From Dehalococcoidia bacterium (GTDB lineage Bacteria; Chloroflexota; Dehalococcoidia; Lucifugimonadales; GCA-2712585): a stretch of 64,000 bases of DNA. Under the pieces are notes generated by a model. That model worked only from the letters and a program-made list of their open reading frames with translations. It was not told where the DNA came from and made no database searches. Below, piece after piece: positions 38,121 to 47,489 of the stretch. The translations under genes were made by a program, and so were the position numbers. Every line of letters begins with the position of its first letter. The stretch's first letter is position 1. The stretch is taken from contig CBDBPI010000002.1 of NCBI GenBank assembly GCA_965208725.1, positions 208,870 to 272,869 of the forward strand, in the 5' to 3' direction.

Positions 38121-38513
38121 CTAGTGCGCCTCAGACTCCAGGAAGGACTCATACTCCTCCGCAGTCATCAGGTTGGCCATATCTGCGTCAGCGTTTTCGG
38201 TTCGCACTTTCACCATCCAGCCGCCGCCAGTGGGGTCGTCGTTCACCAGCTCCGGCTGACCCTCCAACTCCCCGTTTACCTCAACTACCTGTCCGCCTAC
38301 CGGCGAGAAAATATCTGAAACGGCCTTCACCGACTCAATCTCCCCCAGCTTGTCAAACTGGCCCACCTCGGTCCCGTTGCTGGGAAGCTCCACGTACACC
38401 ACGTCTCCAAGCTGGTCCTGGGCGTAGTCGGTGATGCCCACCACCACCAGCCCGGAGCCGTCTACTAAGGCCCACTCGTGCTCCTTGGAGTATTTTCTGT
38501 CGGTGGGGTTCAT
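38121..38513 (-). CDS. gcvH: glycine cleavage system H protein
   Basis: 130 aa. Lipoyl-lysine context ESVKAVSDIFSP. Confidence 0.95.
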   Translation of the reverse strand: MNPTDRKYSKEHEWALVDGSGLVVVGITDYAQDQLGDVVYVELPSNGTEVGQFDKLGEIESVKAVSDIFSPVGGQVVEVNGELEGQPELVNDDPTGGGWMVKVRTENADADMANLMTAEEYESFLESEAH

Positions 38514-38585
38514 TTCAAAACGCCTTGTTGCTAGGATAACGGGCGGGAGTCATCGCACAACTTGTGCGCTTCCCGCTCCTCCGTC

Positions 38586-39689
38586 TCACTTTCTCTTGAA
38601 GAAGGGAAGGCTGGTGACTATGGCTCCTGTCGGCCTTCCGCGGATGTCAATTTGAAGGCTCTGACCCTTGTCTGACAGCCGCCGTTGAACATAGCCCATG
38701 GCAATATTTCTGTCAAGCGACGGAGAGTAGCTGCCGCTCGTAATTCGCCCCACCGGCTCTCCCTCAGCCAGGATAGCGTAGTCGTGGCGGGGGATACTGC
38801 GACCTTCTGAGAAAAGCCCGACTAGACTTCGCTCCACACCCTGCTCCTTCTGCTTTCGCAAGACCTCCGCGCCCGCAAAATCCTTACCCAAGCGAACGAA
38901 CCGCCCCAACCCCGCCTCCAGCGGCGTAGTGGTCAGGTCGATGTCGCTCCCGTGCAGCGGCAGCCCCCCCTCCAGCCGGAGAACGTCCCTTGAGCCCAAC
39001 CCGCACGGGGCCATGCCACCTTCGTGCAGCGCGCCCCAAAGCTCCGCTCCGTCCCGTGCGTCTGAGACGATTTCGAAGCCATCCTCCCCCGTGTACCCCG
39101 TCCGCCCTACGAAGGTGCTTCGACCCAATACCGTGGCCTCCATGCTGCCGAAAAAGCGCAGACTGGAGGGCGTATCGGCGCTCATGCCGTCAACCAGCGA
39201 CGCTGCGTCCGGCCCCTGCACCGCAATCATCACCGTGTCCGTCGTCACGTCCTCCAGCGTCGTCTGCGAGTACCGCTCACTCTGCCACCGCTCCAGCCAC
39301 TCAATTACCGCGGGACGATTGGAGGCGTTGCATATCAGCAGATACCGATTCTCCTCGAGCCGGTAGGACACCGTGTCGTCCAGAATTCCCCCTTCCTGCT
39401 TGCAGATGAGCGAGTATCTGGCCCGTCCATGTCGAAGGTTCCCGATGCGGCCCGTCTGAATCCACTCCATCAGGTCCGTCGCCTGCGCTCCGGAAACGTA
39501 GATGCGCCCCATGTGGGAAACGTCGAAGATGCCCCCCTTCGACCGGACGGCGTTGGCCTCCGCCAGAATGCCCGCATACTGCACGGGCATTTCCCAGCCC
39601 GCAAAAGGCACCATCCGCGCCTTCAGCCCCACGTGACTCTCGTAAAGAGCCGTTCTCATCTCCGTTGCGCTGCCGCTGCTTTCACCCAA
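38586..39689 (-). CDS. gcvT: aminomethyltransferase (glycine cleavage T protein)
   Basis: 367 aa. TALYESHV...[11 protein letters not shown]-terminus. An alternative ATG lies 10 codons in. Confidence 0.93.
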   Translation of the reverse strand: MGESSGSATEMRTALYESHVGLKARMVPFAGWEMPVQYAGILAEANAVRSKGGIFDVSHMGRIYVSGAQATDLMEWIQTGRIGNLRHGRARYSLICKQEGGILDDTVSYRLEENRYLLICNASNRPAVIEWLERWQSERYSQTTLEDVTTDTVMIAVQGPDAASLVDGMSADTPSSLRFFGSMEATVLGRSTFVGRTGYTGEDGFEIVSDARDGAELWGALHEGGMAPCGLGSRDVLRLEGGLPLHGSDIDLTTTPLEAGLGRFVRLGKDFAGAEVLRKQKEQGVERSLVGLFSEGRSIPRHDYAILAEGEPVGRITSGSYSPSLDRNIAMGYVQRRLSDKGQSLQIDIRGRPTGAIVTSLPFFKRK

Positions 39690-39725
39690 TGTCCTTTATC
39701 TCCTTTTCGTCGCTTCTTGCCCAGT

Positions 39726-40049
39726 TCATCGGATACCTGGCGGATCTACCCACCATTCCGGCTCCTCGAACTCTCCCACCAGCGAAAACTCACCAAACTC
39801 ATGGTCACGACCAAGAATATCCTTTGTCGCCGGATCCTTCTCTAGCTGATGCATGGCCAAGTCTCTTGCTTCCTTCGAATCCCACTCTGCAATTGCAAGC
39901 AGCAATAGTGGGTCAGTGATGCTTCTATGCAAACGTGTGCCACGTGCTCCAGCCATTCTCTGGATTATCACGCTGCCCTGTTCCCAGGCTTCCACGTATT
40001 CATCTAGCGTCTTACCTGGCTTGATCCTTATCTGAAATACGAATCGCAT
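39726..40049 (-). CDS. antibiotic-biosynthesis-monooxygenase (ABM)-like small protein
   Basis: 107 aa with a ferredoxin-like ABM pattern (...LLLAIAEWDSKEA...). A+T-richer than the neighbours. Confidence 0.5.
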   Translation of the reverse strand: MRFVFQIRIKPGKTLDEYVEAWEQGSVIIQRMAGARGTRLHRSITDPLLLLAIAEWDSKEARDLAMHQLEKDPATKDILGRDHEFGEFSLVGEFEEPEWWVDPPGIR

Positions 40050-40055
40050 ACGGCT

Positions 40056-41459
40056 CTAAGGTGTCGGCCTGTTCTTGTAATGCCCCGCGTGCTGCTGGTA
40101 CGTGTAAGCCGCCCTGAACACCGTTGCGTCGTCGAAGACCCGGCCCGCTATCTGCATGCCCACGGGCAGCCCATTCTTGCTGAAACCGCACGGCAACGAA
40201 ATCGCGGGCATCCCCGTCTGGTTGAAGGGCGCCATGAAGCTGGGTCCGTACAGGGACTTGCCCGGCGTGAAGTCCTCCAGCTTCCCCACCACGCTGTGAC
40301 CCATGGGCAGCGCCAGCAGGTCGACCCCCTTCATCACCTCGTGGAACTCCCGCCTGATGACGCTCCGCGCCCGCTGCGCCTGTATGTAGTCGCTGGCCGA
40401 AAACAGTGCGCCCGTATAAAGGTGCTTGATGAAGTTCTCCCCGTATTTCTCAGGCTGTGTCCTCACGTTGGGAAGGTGGATGCTGTACGCCTCGCTCATG
40501 ATGATGACGATGTTCACCTGTGGGGCGTACTCCAGGCAGGGTATCGTCACCGGCTCCACGTGGGCGCCCAGGCTCTCCAGGTCCTGCAGAGCCTTCTTAA
40601 CCAGCGCCTCCACCTCTTCGTCCGTCCCGGATTCCTTGCCGAAGCAGTAGTGCTCAGGCACCCCGATCCTCAGTCCCTTAACGTCCTCCCTCAGAGACTC
40701 CGAGTAGTCCGGCACCGCCACGTTCGCCGACGCCGGGTCCTTCGGGTCGTAGCCCGCAATGGCCTGCGTCATCAGCGCCGAGTCCTCCACCGTCCATGTC
40801 ATCGGCCCGCAATGGTCCAACGACCAGCTCAGGTCCAGCACCCCGTACCGGCTGACCAGCCCGTAGGTGGGTTTGTGCCCGACGATGCCGCAGGAGGAAG
40901 CCGGCCCGCGAATGGAGCCGCCAGTGTCCGAGCCAAGCGACCCCATGGCCGTCCCCACCGCCACCGCCGTTGCCGAGCCGCTGCTGGATCCCCCGGTCGC
41001 GTATTCCGCCCCATAGGGATGCAGCGTCTGGTCGAATAGACTCGTCTCCGGCCCGCCCATGGCGAGCTCGAACATCGCCACCTTCCCCAGCAGAATGCTG
41101 CCCGCTTCGTTCAGGCGAGCAATGGCGGTGGAGTCCTCCGTCGGCACCCGGTGTTCGTACAGTTTCGACTGCCCCGTGGTCAGTACGCCCTTCGTGTCGT
41201 ACAAGTCCTTGTGCCCCATGGGGATACCGTGTAGCGGCCCGCGATAATTTCCGGCTTGAATCTCCGCCTCCGCCGCCCGCGCTTGCGCCAGTGCCTCGTC
41301 CCTCAAGAGCGTAATGTAGCTCTTGATTTCCCCGTCAATAGCATCGATGCGGTCCAGAAGCGCCTGGGTAAGCTCCACCGGCGAAAGCTGTTTCGACTCA
41401 ATCAGCCCCGCCGCCTCTCGTATGGTCAGGTGGTACAGTTCCGTGGATGGCTGCGACAT
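40056..41459 (-). CDS. amidase-signature enzyme (GatA/AtzE-like)
   Basis: 467 aa. GGSSSGSATAVA amidase signature and Ser-cisSer-Lys context. Confidence 0.85.
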   Translation of the reverse strand: MSQPSTELYHLTIREAAGLIESKQLSPVELTQALLDRIDAIDGEIKSYITLLRDEALAQARAAEAEIQAGNYRGPLHGIPMGHKDLYDTKGVLTTGQSKLYEHRVPTEDSTAIARLNEAGSILLGKVAMFELAMGGPETSLFDQTLHPYGAEYATGGSSSGSATAVAVGTAMGSLGSDTGGSIRGPASSCGIVGHKPTYGLVSRYGVLDLSWSLDHCGPMTWTVEDSALMTQAIAGYDPKDPASANVAVPDYSESLREDVKGLRIGVPEHYCFGKESGTDEEVEALVKKALQDLESLGAHVEPVTIPCLEYAPQVNIVIIMSEAYSIHLPNVRTQPEKYGENFIKHLYTGALFSASDYIQAQRARSVIRREFHEVMKGVDLLALPMGHSVVGKLEDFTPGKSLYGPSFMAPFNQTGMPAISLPCGFSKNGLPVGMQIAGRVFDDATVFRAAYTYQQHAGHYKNRPTP

Positions 41460-41476
41460 AGTTCAGTCTCCTATTT

Positions 41477-41517
41477 CCTTTTCCCCTTGATGGGGAAGAT
41501 TGGGATGGGGGTGATTT
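41477..41517 (+). repeat. family-A repeat, copy 5
   Basis: ccttttccccttgatggggaagattgggatgggggtgattt. Confidence 0.8.
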
Positions 41518-41558
41518 AGGTAGTGCAGGGGCGCGCCTAAGACGCTCAAAATCCCGGC

Positions 41559-41741
41559 CTACTCTCCCGTCCACTCGGGTTGAAAGGCCCCCGCCGCCTC
41601 CACGTCGTCAACGTCCACCTCGTAGAGCGCGTCCACCTTGGGACGGTACATCGTCATCGTCTCCGCCAGTGCCTTCAGTCGCTCCTCCGACACCGTCACT
41701 CCCGTCGCTCCCAGCAATTTGCGTACTTCTTCGATGTCCAT
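41559..41741 (-). CDS. GatC-like small protein
   Basis: 60 aa. ...VTVSEERLKALAETM...VDALYEVDVDDVE resembles the GatC/AtzG-type small subunit. It lies directly upstream of the amidase. Confidence 0.5.
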   Translation of the reverse strand: MDIEEVRKLLGATGVTVSEERLKALAETMTMYRPKVDALYEVDVDDVEAAGAFQPEWTGE

Positions 41742-41837
41742 GATTTACACCACTCTCTCAAAAAAAGATGATTATCTCACTGCATTCCTGCCGCCAAGTA
41801 TATTGACGCCCCCGCCATGCGGCAATAAGGCCTCAAA

Positions 41838-42203
41838 TTACGACTGGTCTTCGCTGACACTGTCACTCAGCACAAGGCCGATGACGTTGCCCTCAGGGTC
41901 TGACATTATCGCAAATGTCACCACTCCCGGTATCTCCCTGGGAGGCTCAAGGGTCTTCCCTCCCAGGCTTTCCGCTTTGTCCAGGGAGGCCTGCAGGTCC
42001 TTCACCTCTACGTAAATCACCACCTGCGGCGCCGCTGGGTCTCCAGTCAGGCCCCCGTTAATTCCCCCGGCCTGCGTGTCCACAACCCCGTATTGCATGG
42101 GGTTGTCAGTCTGGATGTCCCAGTCGAACAGCTTTCCATAGAATTCCTGGGCAGACTCCGTGTCCTTTACCTGAATTTCAAAATGCACTACTGGATTGGG
42201 CAT
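41838..42203 (-). CDS. glyoxalase/bleomycin-resistance (VOC) family protein
   Basis: MPNPVVHFEIQVKDTESAQEFYGKLFDW... from the ATG at 42203. The rest of the 400-aa ORF is antisense to the rhodanese gene. Confidence 0.75.
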   Translation of the reverse strand: MPNPVVHFEIQVKDTESAQEFYGKLFDWDIQTDNPMQYGVVDTQAGGINGGLTGDPAAPQVVIYVEVKDLQASLDKAESLGGKTLEPPREIPGVVTFAIMSDPEGNVIGLVLSDSVSEDQS

Positions 42204-42299
42204 TCTTCGGTTGCCTCCGTCCTCGTTTTGTAGGATATTGTCGGGGACAATTATACGAGATATTGCGTCCGCCGGGATTGACAACGTGGTGGCGCGAGT

Positions 42300-43142
42300 T
42301 TGGAGCATGGCATGAGTGAACGGACCGATTTCGAACACCCCGAATTTCTGACAAGCACTGACTGGCTGGGCGAGCACCTGGGAGACCCGGGCATCCGCGT
42401 GATTGACTGCGACGTTCCCGACCAGTACCAGCGCGCCCACATCCCCGGATCCGTCTTCCAGGAAGACCACTATCAGAAGGACCCGGACACCAACCGTCTC
42501 CACATCTTCGGCCCCTACGGCTTCAAGCAGCTTGCCGAGTCCCTCGGCATCGGCGACGATACCCTCGTCGTCGCCTACGACAACTCTCGCGGCCTTTACG
42601 CCGCCCGCCTCTGGTGGGCGCTCCACCACTACGGCCACACCAGCGTCAAGGTCATGGACGGGGGCTGGCGCAAGTGGCTCTCCGAAGGACGCCCCATAAC
42701 CGACAAACCCACCAGATGTACTCCCGACGTGACCTTCACCCCGCGCTTGGACGACTCCATGCTGGTCACTGCAGACCAGCTTATGCATGACATGAACAGC
42801 CCCGACGTAGTCGTCTGGGACGTTAGGAGCCGCGGCGAGTACGAAGGCACCACCACCCGGGGCAACCGCAGACCGGGCCGCATCGCCGGCGCCGTTCATC
42901 TGGAATGGCTGGAGCTTGTCGACGGCCGGACCCACCTGCTCAAGCCCGCCGATGAAATCCGCCGTATCCTGCAGGCCAACGGCATCACCCCTGACAAACG
43001 CATCGACGCTCATTGACAGGCCGGAATTCGTGCGGCGCACGGTACCTTCGTCCTCAAGCTTCTCGGCTACCCCGATGCCCGCAACTACGACGGCTCATGG
43101 GCCGAATGGGGCAACCGCGACGACACCCCCATAGAACTGTAA
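42300..43142 (+). CDS. two-domain rhodanese sulfurtransferase with in-frame TGA (selenocysteine) at the catalytic Cys position
   Basis: ORF 42300..43016 ends ...KRIDAH-TGA. The same frame continues [44 protein letters not shown] (43140-43142). This is the conserved active-site loop CxxGxR plus the C-terminal YDGSWxEW of SseA/TST-type rhodaneses. Confidence 0.8.
43028..43042 (+). promoter_or_regulatory. candidate bacterial SECIS hairpin apex
   Basis: UCGUGC-GGC-GCACGG starts 12 nt after the UGA (43014-43016). The G-containing apical loop is 18-20 nt downstream. Confidence 0.45.
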
Positions 43143-43147
43143 ACACT

Positions 43148-43187
43148 CCTTCCCCCTTGACGGGGGAAGGCTGGGATGGGGGTGATT
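43148..43187 (+). repeat. family-A repeat, copy 6
   Basis: ccttcccccttgacgggggaaggctgggatgggggtgatt. Confidence 0.85.
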
Positions 43188-43202
43188 CGCCCCACCTTGT
43201 AC

Positions 43203-43229
43203 GTAGGGGCGATCCTTGTGTTCGTCCGC
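43203..43229 (+). repeat. family-B GTAGGG-hairpin repeat, copy 3 (decayed stem)
   Basis: gtaggggcgatccttgtgttcgtccgc. Confidence 0.55.
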
Positions 43230-43295
43230 TCCATTATCGGTTTGAATCTAACCCTTCACCCCACGCCAATCATCGCCAAACTTGCCGTAGCGCAG

Positions 43296-43643
43296 CTACC
43301 CCCGCTGAAACTCCGCCTCCTCTAGCATCCGCGCCAGTATCGGATGCGTAGCGGGCTTTCTCAGGTCTAACGACGAAATAGAAATGGCCCGAAACAAAAC
43401 TCCGGTGCTCATCGACGTCTCCACCGACTCACCTACCTCTGGCAACTCCACCCCTAACGCCTCTGCCACGTACCGGGCCGCCACCCTGCCCACCTGCGAG
43501 TTGTAGCACCGCGTCATAACACGACCTTGGTGAAGCAACACCACTCCGCTCTTGCTGTGCCTCAGCGTCACCGGCACCCGACGCTTGGGAATGTCCAGAA
43601 TCCCCTCTGCGTACTCCCACGCCTTGGCTCTGCTGACTCCCAT
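43296..43643 (-). CDS. hypothetical protein downstream of the HEPN gene
   Basis: 115-aa ORF, 8 nt after the HEPN stop. No family recognised. Confidence 0.35.
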   Translation of the reverse strand: MGVSRAKAWEYAEGILDIPKRRVPVTLRHSKSGVVLLHQGRVMTRCYNSQVGRVAARYVAEALGVELPEVGESVETSMSTGVLFRAISISSLDLRKPATHPILARMLEEAEFQRG

Positions 43644-43651
43644 GCCGCCCT

Positions 43652-44062
43652 CTACTCCTCAGCCAGACGGTCCCGGACGAAGCCTAGCACCTCCTCCGCC
43701 AGTTCCATAGCCCGCTCTGCCTCCAGATGGTCGAACACGTCGGCCGGGATTCCTCCGGGCAGATAGTTCGGATATCTCGTCAGGTTGTAGTACTTATCCA
43801 GGTAGATTGCCCGTACCTTCAGCACGTCGAACAGCATCTCGAACACCTTCGCATCCTCGCAAAGGTCCGCAAGCGAGTGACCCCAGACGTCCTCGGCCCC
43901 CCGCGAGTACAGAAAACCCTTCATCGCCTTCTCACCGCACTGCTGTGCCAGGAAACAGGCCAGGCTGAACCGCTCGTGTTCCTGCGCCAGCAGGGCGTCC
44001 GACAGGTCCCGCTCGGCCTGCGCCAGCCACCGATCCCCCTCCGACATCCGGTTAGGCATCAT
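43652..44062 (-). CDS. HEPN-domain protein (toxin-like partner of MNT)
   Basis: ...WLAQAERDLSDA....F..ACF.AQQCGEKAMKGFLYSRG.....GHSLADL is a HEPN pattern. The start is among the Met codons at 44062/44059/44047, overlapping or abutting the MNT gene end. Confidence 0.6.
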   Translation of the reverse strand: MMPNRMSEGDRWLAQAERDLSDALLAQEHERFSLACFLAQQCGEKAMKGFLYSRGAEDVWGHSLADLCEDAKVFEMLFDVLKVRAIYLDKYYNLTRYPNYLPGGIPADVFDHLEAERAMELAEEVLGFVRDRLAEE

Positions 44063-44393
44063 AGACCACCTCCCCCATCTGAAGGGCCTTCCCCAGGTTG
44101 GAATCGGAAGCGTCCAGTTCATCGAACTCTTCGGGTGTATACGGGTAAAAATCCACCGCCACCGAGGGTGAGAGGTGGCTGTAAAAGAAGTCAGGCCGTC
44201 GGACGAAAGGCCGGTCGTCCTCCATAATCATTACCAGCTTCAGCGGTGTGTCCGGCTCCACTGTTCCGGGATAGAGCGGGTTCAGCAGAATCGCCCGCCT
44301 CACCCCCAACTGCGGCAGCATGGCGATTATCTTGTCCAACTCCTCCTGCAGCAGCTTCATTCGGTACTGCACGAACCCGACTCTCATAGGCAT
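44052..44393 (-). CDS. minimal nucleotidyltransferase (MNT)-like protein with degenerate catalytic motif
   Basis: 113 aa. The position and helical N-terminus fit an MNT antitoxin, but the expected GS...DxD reads NPLYPGTVEPDTPLKL. Confidence 0.5.
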   Translation of the reverse strand: MPMRVGFVQYRMKLLQEELDKIIAMLPQLGVRRAILLNPLYPGTVEPDTPLKLVMIMEDDRPFVRRPDFFYSHLSPSVAVDFYPYTPEEFDELDASDSNLGKALQMGEVVYDA

Positions 44394-44406
44394 CGCTTAC
44401 CCCTCA

Positions 44407-45150
44407 CTACAACCCCCAGTCTAGAATCACCATATGCGTCTCCCTCGGTCCGTGGGCTCCTATTACCAGCGTCTGCTCAATGTCCGCTGTCCGGCTGGGT
44501 CCCGTGATGAAATTCATGTAGCTGCCCGCGTCAACCCCGTCCCGCAGGTACGCCAGCCTTCGAAGCAGGTACAAGTCGTCCAGGCCTTCCAGCGTTTGTG
44601 AAGGCTTCACCAGCGCCACGTGCACCGGCGGCAGCAGCGACGTCACCCGGCTCACGCCCTGCCGCGGCAGAATGACGACACTGCCCGTCTCCGCGATGGC
44701 GTAGTCAACCCCCGTGACGCCCAAATCCGCGTCTGCAGGGTTGAAGCTTCCCGCGCTTTCGTCCTCCCGCGCCATCACCTGCACCGTCGCGCCCAACGAC
44801 GAAAGCGCGTCGTCCAGCGGCACGTCGTCAAACACCTCCTGCACCGACCGCACCACCCGCCGCGCCTTCATCTTCTGCGCCAACTGGTACACGTACCCCA
44901 CGGCATCCTCCACCCCCGCCGCCCGGTGCACCACCCAGCCTCGGAGTGCAGCCACCCTCGCCAGTTCGTCCACGTTAGCCCGTTGATTGGCGGACAACCG
45001 CTCCATCATCGTCCGCTCCCTCTCCGCAACCGACGCTCGTTCCTCAAGCATCCGGGCATAGGGCTGCTCCGGCGGCCCCGCTTTCCTCCCCAACGCCTCC
45101 CTCACCGACGCTATAAACTGGTCCGGCGGCGTCCCCAACGTCTCCCTCAC
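44407..45150 (-). CDS. lutC: LutC/YkgG (LUD-domain) lactate utilisation protein C
   Basis: 247 aa. LUD-domain pattern and operon position after lutB (ATGA-type overlap). Confidence 0.8.
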   Translation of the reverse strand: MRETLGTPPDQFIASVREALGRKAGPPEQPYARMLEERASVAERERTMMERLSANQRANVDELARVAALRGWVVHRAAGVEDAVGYVYQLAQKMKARRVVRSVQEVFDDVPLDDALSSLGATVQVMAREDESAGSFNPADADLGVTGVDYAIAETGSVVILPRQGVSRVTSLLPPVHVALVKPSQTLEGLDDLYLLRRLAYLRDGVDAGSYMNFITGPSRTADIEQTLVIGAHGPRETHMVILDWGL

Positions 45151-46592
45151 CGTCCCTCATCCTCCAGCCGCTCTGACCAGATCTGACGGAAGCTCTTGGG
45201 CGCCAGCGCCGGCATGTCCCGCGTCTGCGTCCAGCGGGAGAAAGGTGGCAGCGGCATCCATCGAATGAACCTCCCCCTTGAAAACGGCCACTGCGCCAGC
45301 AATCCCAACCTCCGAACCATCCCCAGCAGGCGCGGACTGCTCATCAGTCGACGATATCCCATCGACATCATCCGGTCGGCTAGAGAAGCCTTCTTTGGAC
45401 TCAACTCAGAACCTTCCGAAAGCTGGGACCGCAGCTTCAACAGCATGTGCGGAATGTTTATCTTGATCGGGCAAACGTCCTTGCAGGCCCCGCAAAGGCT
45501 GGATGCGTTTGGCAGGTCCTTGCTTCGGTCCAGTCCAACCAGCACCGGCGACACCACCGCACCGATCGGTCCGGGGTAGACCCAGCCGTAGGAGTGTCCC
45601 CCCACTTTCCGGTACACAGGGCACGTGTTCAGGCACGCACCGCACCGGATGCAGAATAACGCCTCCCTCAGGTCCGGGTCCACCAGCAGCCTTGAGCGTC
45701 CGTTGTCCACGATAATCAGGTGGTACTCCTCCGGCCCGTCTTCGTCCTCCGGACGCTTCGGCCCGTAGACGTGGGTGACGTAGCTGCTGATTCTCTGGCC
45801 CGTGGCCGCCCGTGGCAATAACCGGATAAAGATAGCCAGGTCTTCCATGGAAGGCACCACCTTCTCCATCCCCGTTATCGACACCAGCACTCGCGGCACC
45901 GAGGTACAGAAGCGTCCATTGCCCTCGTTGGTTATCAGCGTCACCGTGCCCGTCTCCGCCACCAGGAAGTTCGCCCCCGTGATGCCCATGTCGGCGCTCA
46001 CCAGCTTCTCCCGCAGCACCTCCCGCGCCGCTCCCGCCATCGCCTCGATGTCTTGCAAATTCGGACGATTAATCTTCTCTCCGAAAAGCTCGGAGACCTC
46101 TTCCTTCGACTTGTGCATCGCCGGCGCGATGATGTGGAAGGGCGTTTCCTCCGCAAGCTGGATGATGTACTCCCCCAGGTCCGTCTCCACCGGCTCGACG
46201 CCCATCTTCTCCAGAAACGGGTTCAACCCCATCTCCTCCGACACCATCGACTTGCTCTTGATGGCCAGCTTCAAGCCCCGTGTCTGCGCTATCCGCCCCA
46301 CGATAGCCCGCGCCTCCTCCGCGTCCCTCGCGAAGTGCACATACCCGCCGTTCGCCATCACACGTTCGCGAAGCATCTCCAGGTAGTAGTCCAGATTGTC
46401 CAGAGTGTGACGCTTGATCTCCCGCGCCTGCAGCCGTAGCTCCTCCCACCGCTCGGGCGAGATCTCCTCTATGGCCTCGGCCCTCGCCCCGTCGAAGGTG
46501 CCCATGGAGCGTCCCAGGTATGACTGGAGCTTGGCGTTGGCCAGCACCTTCGCGGAGGCTCGACGAAATTCCTGCGTTTTTACCTCAGCCAT
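45147..46592 (-). CDS. lutB: LutB/YkgF iron-sulfur lactate utilisation protein B
   Basis: 481 aa. CIRCGACLNTCPVY and CGACKDVCP ferredoxin motifs. Confidence 0.85.
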   Translation of the reverse strand: MAEVKTQEFRRASAKVLANAKLQSYLGRSMGTFDGARAEAIEEISPERWEELRLQAREIKRHTLDNLDYYLEMLRERVMANGGYVHFARDAEEARAIVGRIAQTRGLKLAIKSKSMVSEEMGLNPFLEKMGVEPVETDLGEYIIQLAEETPFHIIAPAMHKSKEEVSELFGEKINRPNLQDIEAMAGAAREVLREKLVSADMGITGANFLVAETGTVTLITNEGNGRFCTSVPRVLVSITGMEKVVPSMEDLAIFIRLLPRAATGQRISSYVTHVYGPKRPEDEDGPEEYHLIIVDNGRSRLLVDPDLREALFCIRCGACLNTCPVYRKVGGHSYGWVYPGPIGAVVSPVLVGLDRSKDLPNASSLCGACKDVCPIKINIPHMLLKLRSQLSEGSELSPKKASLADRMMSMGYRRLMSSPRLLGMVRRLGLLAQWPFSRGRFIRWMPLPPFSRWTQTRDMPALAPKSFRQIWSERLEDEGR

Positions 46593-46663
46593 GATTCTTC
46601 CCCTTGAAGGGGACCAGTCGTCCTTATCGCGAGTGGTTCAAGACGTGTCATTCGGCCCAACAT

Positions 46664-47404
46664 CTAAGAATCACTCCACAGAATCTCGGCCAAGTGTCGA
46701 GCGTCTACTTTCGCCCCGCGTCGTCTTAACCCGCCCCGAATCTGCATCAGGCAGCTTGCGTCGCAGGCCGTCACCGTCGACGCCTCGCTCTTGACCACGT
46801 TGTCCACTTTGTCGTCCAGCATCGCCTGCGAGATTCCAGGATACTTCACCGAGAATGTCCCCCCGAAGCCGCAGCACGTCTCCGCGTCATCAAGTGGTGC
46901 GTACTCCAACCTCTTCACCGCCTTCAGCAGCGTCACCGGCTCTTCCTTTGCTTCCAGTTCCCTGAGCAAATGACACGAAGGATGATAGGTGACCTTCCCG
47001 TCATGCTCTGCTCCCACGTCCGCCACACCCAGCACTTTCACGAGAAACTGCGAGAACTCGTAGACCTTCCCGCTCAGCGCCTTGGCCTTCGGCCCGTATG
47101 TGGAATCCCCGCGAAAAATATCGGGGTAGAAGACCTTCATCATCGAAGCGCAGGAACCCGACGGTACAACAACGTACTCGCTGTCCTCGAAGCCATCGAG
47201 AACCCGTTTGCCAAGTTCCGCCGCGTCCCGGCGAAAGCCGGAGTTGAATAGCGGCTGTCCGCAGCAGGTCTGGTCCGGCGGAAATTCCACCTGCACACCT
47301 TGACGTCGCAGTACGCCGACCACCGCCTCGCCAACCTCGGGAAAAAGCTGGTCCACCAGGCATGTGACAAACAGAGAAGCGCGAATTGGGGAGGAATCAG
47401 CCAT
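46664..47404 (-). CDS. lutA: LutA/YkgE (CCG-domain Fe-S oxidoreductase)
   Basis: 246 aa. FVTCLVD...CCGQP and CCGFGG CCG motifs. Confidence 0.85.
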   Translation of the reverse strand: MADSSPIRASLFVTCLVDQLFPEVGEAVVGVLRRQGVQVEFPPDQTCCGQPLFNSGFRRDAAELGKRVLDGFEDSEYVVVPSGSCASMMKVFYPDIFRGDSTYGPKAKALSGKVYEFSQFLVKVLGVADVGAEHDGKVTYHPSCHLLRELEAKEEPVTLLKAVKRLEYAPLDDAETCCGFGGTFSVKYPGISQAMLDDKVDNVVKSEASTVTACDASCLMQIRGGLRRRGAKVDARHLAEILWSDS

Positions 47405-47489
47405 CAGCCCCTCACCTCAAAGATTGAAGCTCAGAGTATCAGAGCGCCGCAAGCTGGGCAAGCAACCGGTGACTATCTCAGTTGTTCTC

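Noticed and set aside
41838-43040. 400-aa minus-strand ORF.
   Set aside because: Only its last 121 codons (VOC/glyoxalase domain, ATG 42203) look like protein. The rest is antisense to the well-supported rhodanese gene.
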